A stretch of DNA of 63,068 nucleotides, the filler included, from Rhabdomonas costata (lineage: Eukaryota), in NCBI GenBank assembly GCA_019059605.1. It is 57 parts of 57 records of this genome, joined end to end, with 100 filler letters (N's around TTAATTAATTAA, not from the genome) between each part and the next. Parts side by side here need not be neighbours in the genome. Positions count along the whole stretch, not along the records: positions 62,061 to 63,068 come from JAHMHO010033888.1; 56 more parts are not named here. The stretch is one strand, 5' to 3'. The position numbers and the translations under genes were made by a program. Position 1 is the first letter of the stretch, and every line of letters begins with the position of its first letter. The notes beneath the pieces were generated by a model. The model was not told the DNA's origin, did not search any database, and saw nothing but the letters and a program-made list of their open reading frames with translations. Shown here in pieces: positions 62,618-63,068 of this stretch.

Positions 62618-63068
62618 GGGGCTTCATCCGGACATCTTTTTTTTGACCTTTTCTTTCCTGGTGTTTTTGAGAAGTTATGAGGTTGTCAACTTCTTTCGAT
62701 TTCTTTCCGGTTTTTTCACTAGCCCCCGTCCCTGACCGCCTTGTGTCCACCGCTGACCCCTAGCAGCCAAAAGACTGCGTCGGTCGATTAGATATCATGC
62801 TGCTGGCTGAGTGCTGTGGGAAGTTGGCAGGAAGGATCACCTTTTTTAAGTGTATGTACACTCTTTTCTGTGCTCTACCGTCTTGTTTTCGTTGCATTTG
62901 CATCACCGCCTTCTTTCATTTGCCGGCACTACTCAATCCATCACACATGCAATCCTTCACGGTTTCGGCGTAACGAAAAAGACGCAAGTGTCCCCAAGTC
63001 CAAAATTATTGAATACATCCCCACGACACGGGACAGCACACTGGAATCAGCACCTCGTCGCCCCAACA

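Noticed and set aside
1..63068. rRNA or tRNA genes
   Set aside because: None recognised by eye. A covariance-model scan would be needed to exclude them.

Overview
This window is not one locus. It is a pseudo-scaffold of 57 unrelated fragments of about 1,003-1,009 bp, joined by an artificial 100-nt linker (44 N + TTAATTAATTAA + 44 N), so adjacency across linkers carries no synteny. The DNA is eukaryotic, probably from a protist: short GC-rich exons, GT-AG (possibly some GC-AG) introns, (GT)n microsatellites and decayed transposons. A euglenid-like source is only a guess. G/T-only fragment starts, C/A-only fragment ends and about 10 terminal fold-backs point to a whole-genome-amplified library. 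Recognisable gene pieces are Bax inhibitor-1, TMEM260/DUF2723 (3 exons that splice in frame), phytochelatin synthase, DIS3/Rrp44 PIN, an NSUN2/Trm4-like methyltransferase, enoyl-CoA hydratase, aldehyde dehydrogenase, and LRR, ankyrin, C2, RRM, EGF, TSP1, LYR-like and Ser/Thr-rich proteins. Mobile element remnants are two Ty3/gypsy pieces, a DIRS-type RT and a Tc1/mariner transposase. No complete novel multi-gene system can be demonstrated. The best leads are a 59-nt perfect hairpin whose removal repairs a reading frame (candidate non-GT-AG intron), a CCTAACCC-containing motif shared by three fragments, an ADP-ribosyltransferase-like exon, an 882-bp in-frame tandem-repeat gene, and two AT-rich foreign-looking fragments.
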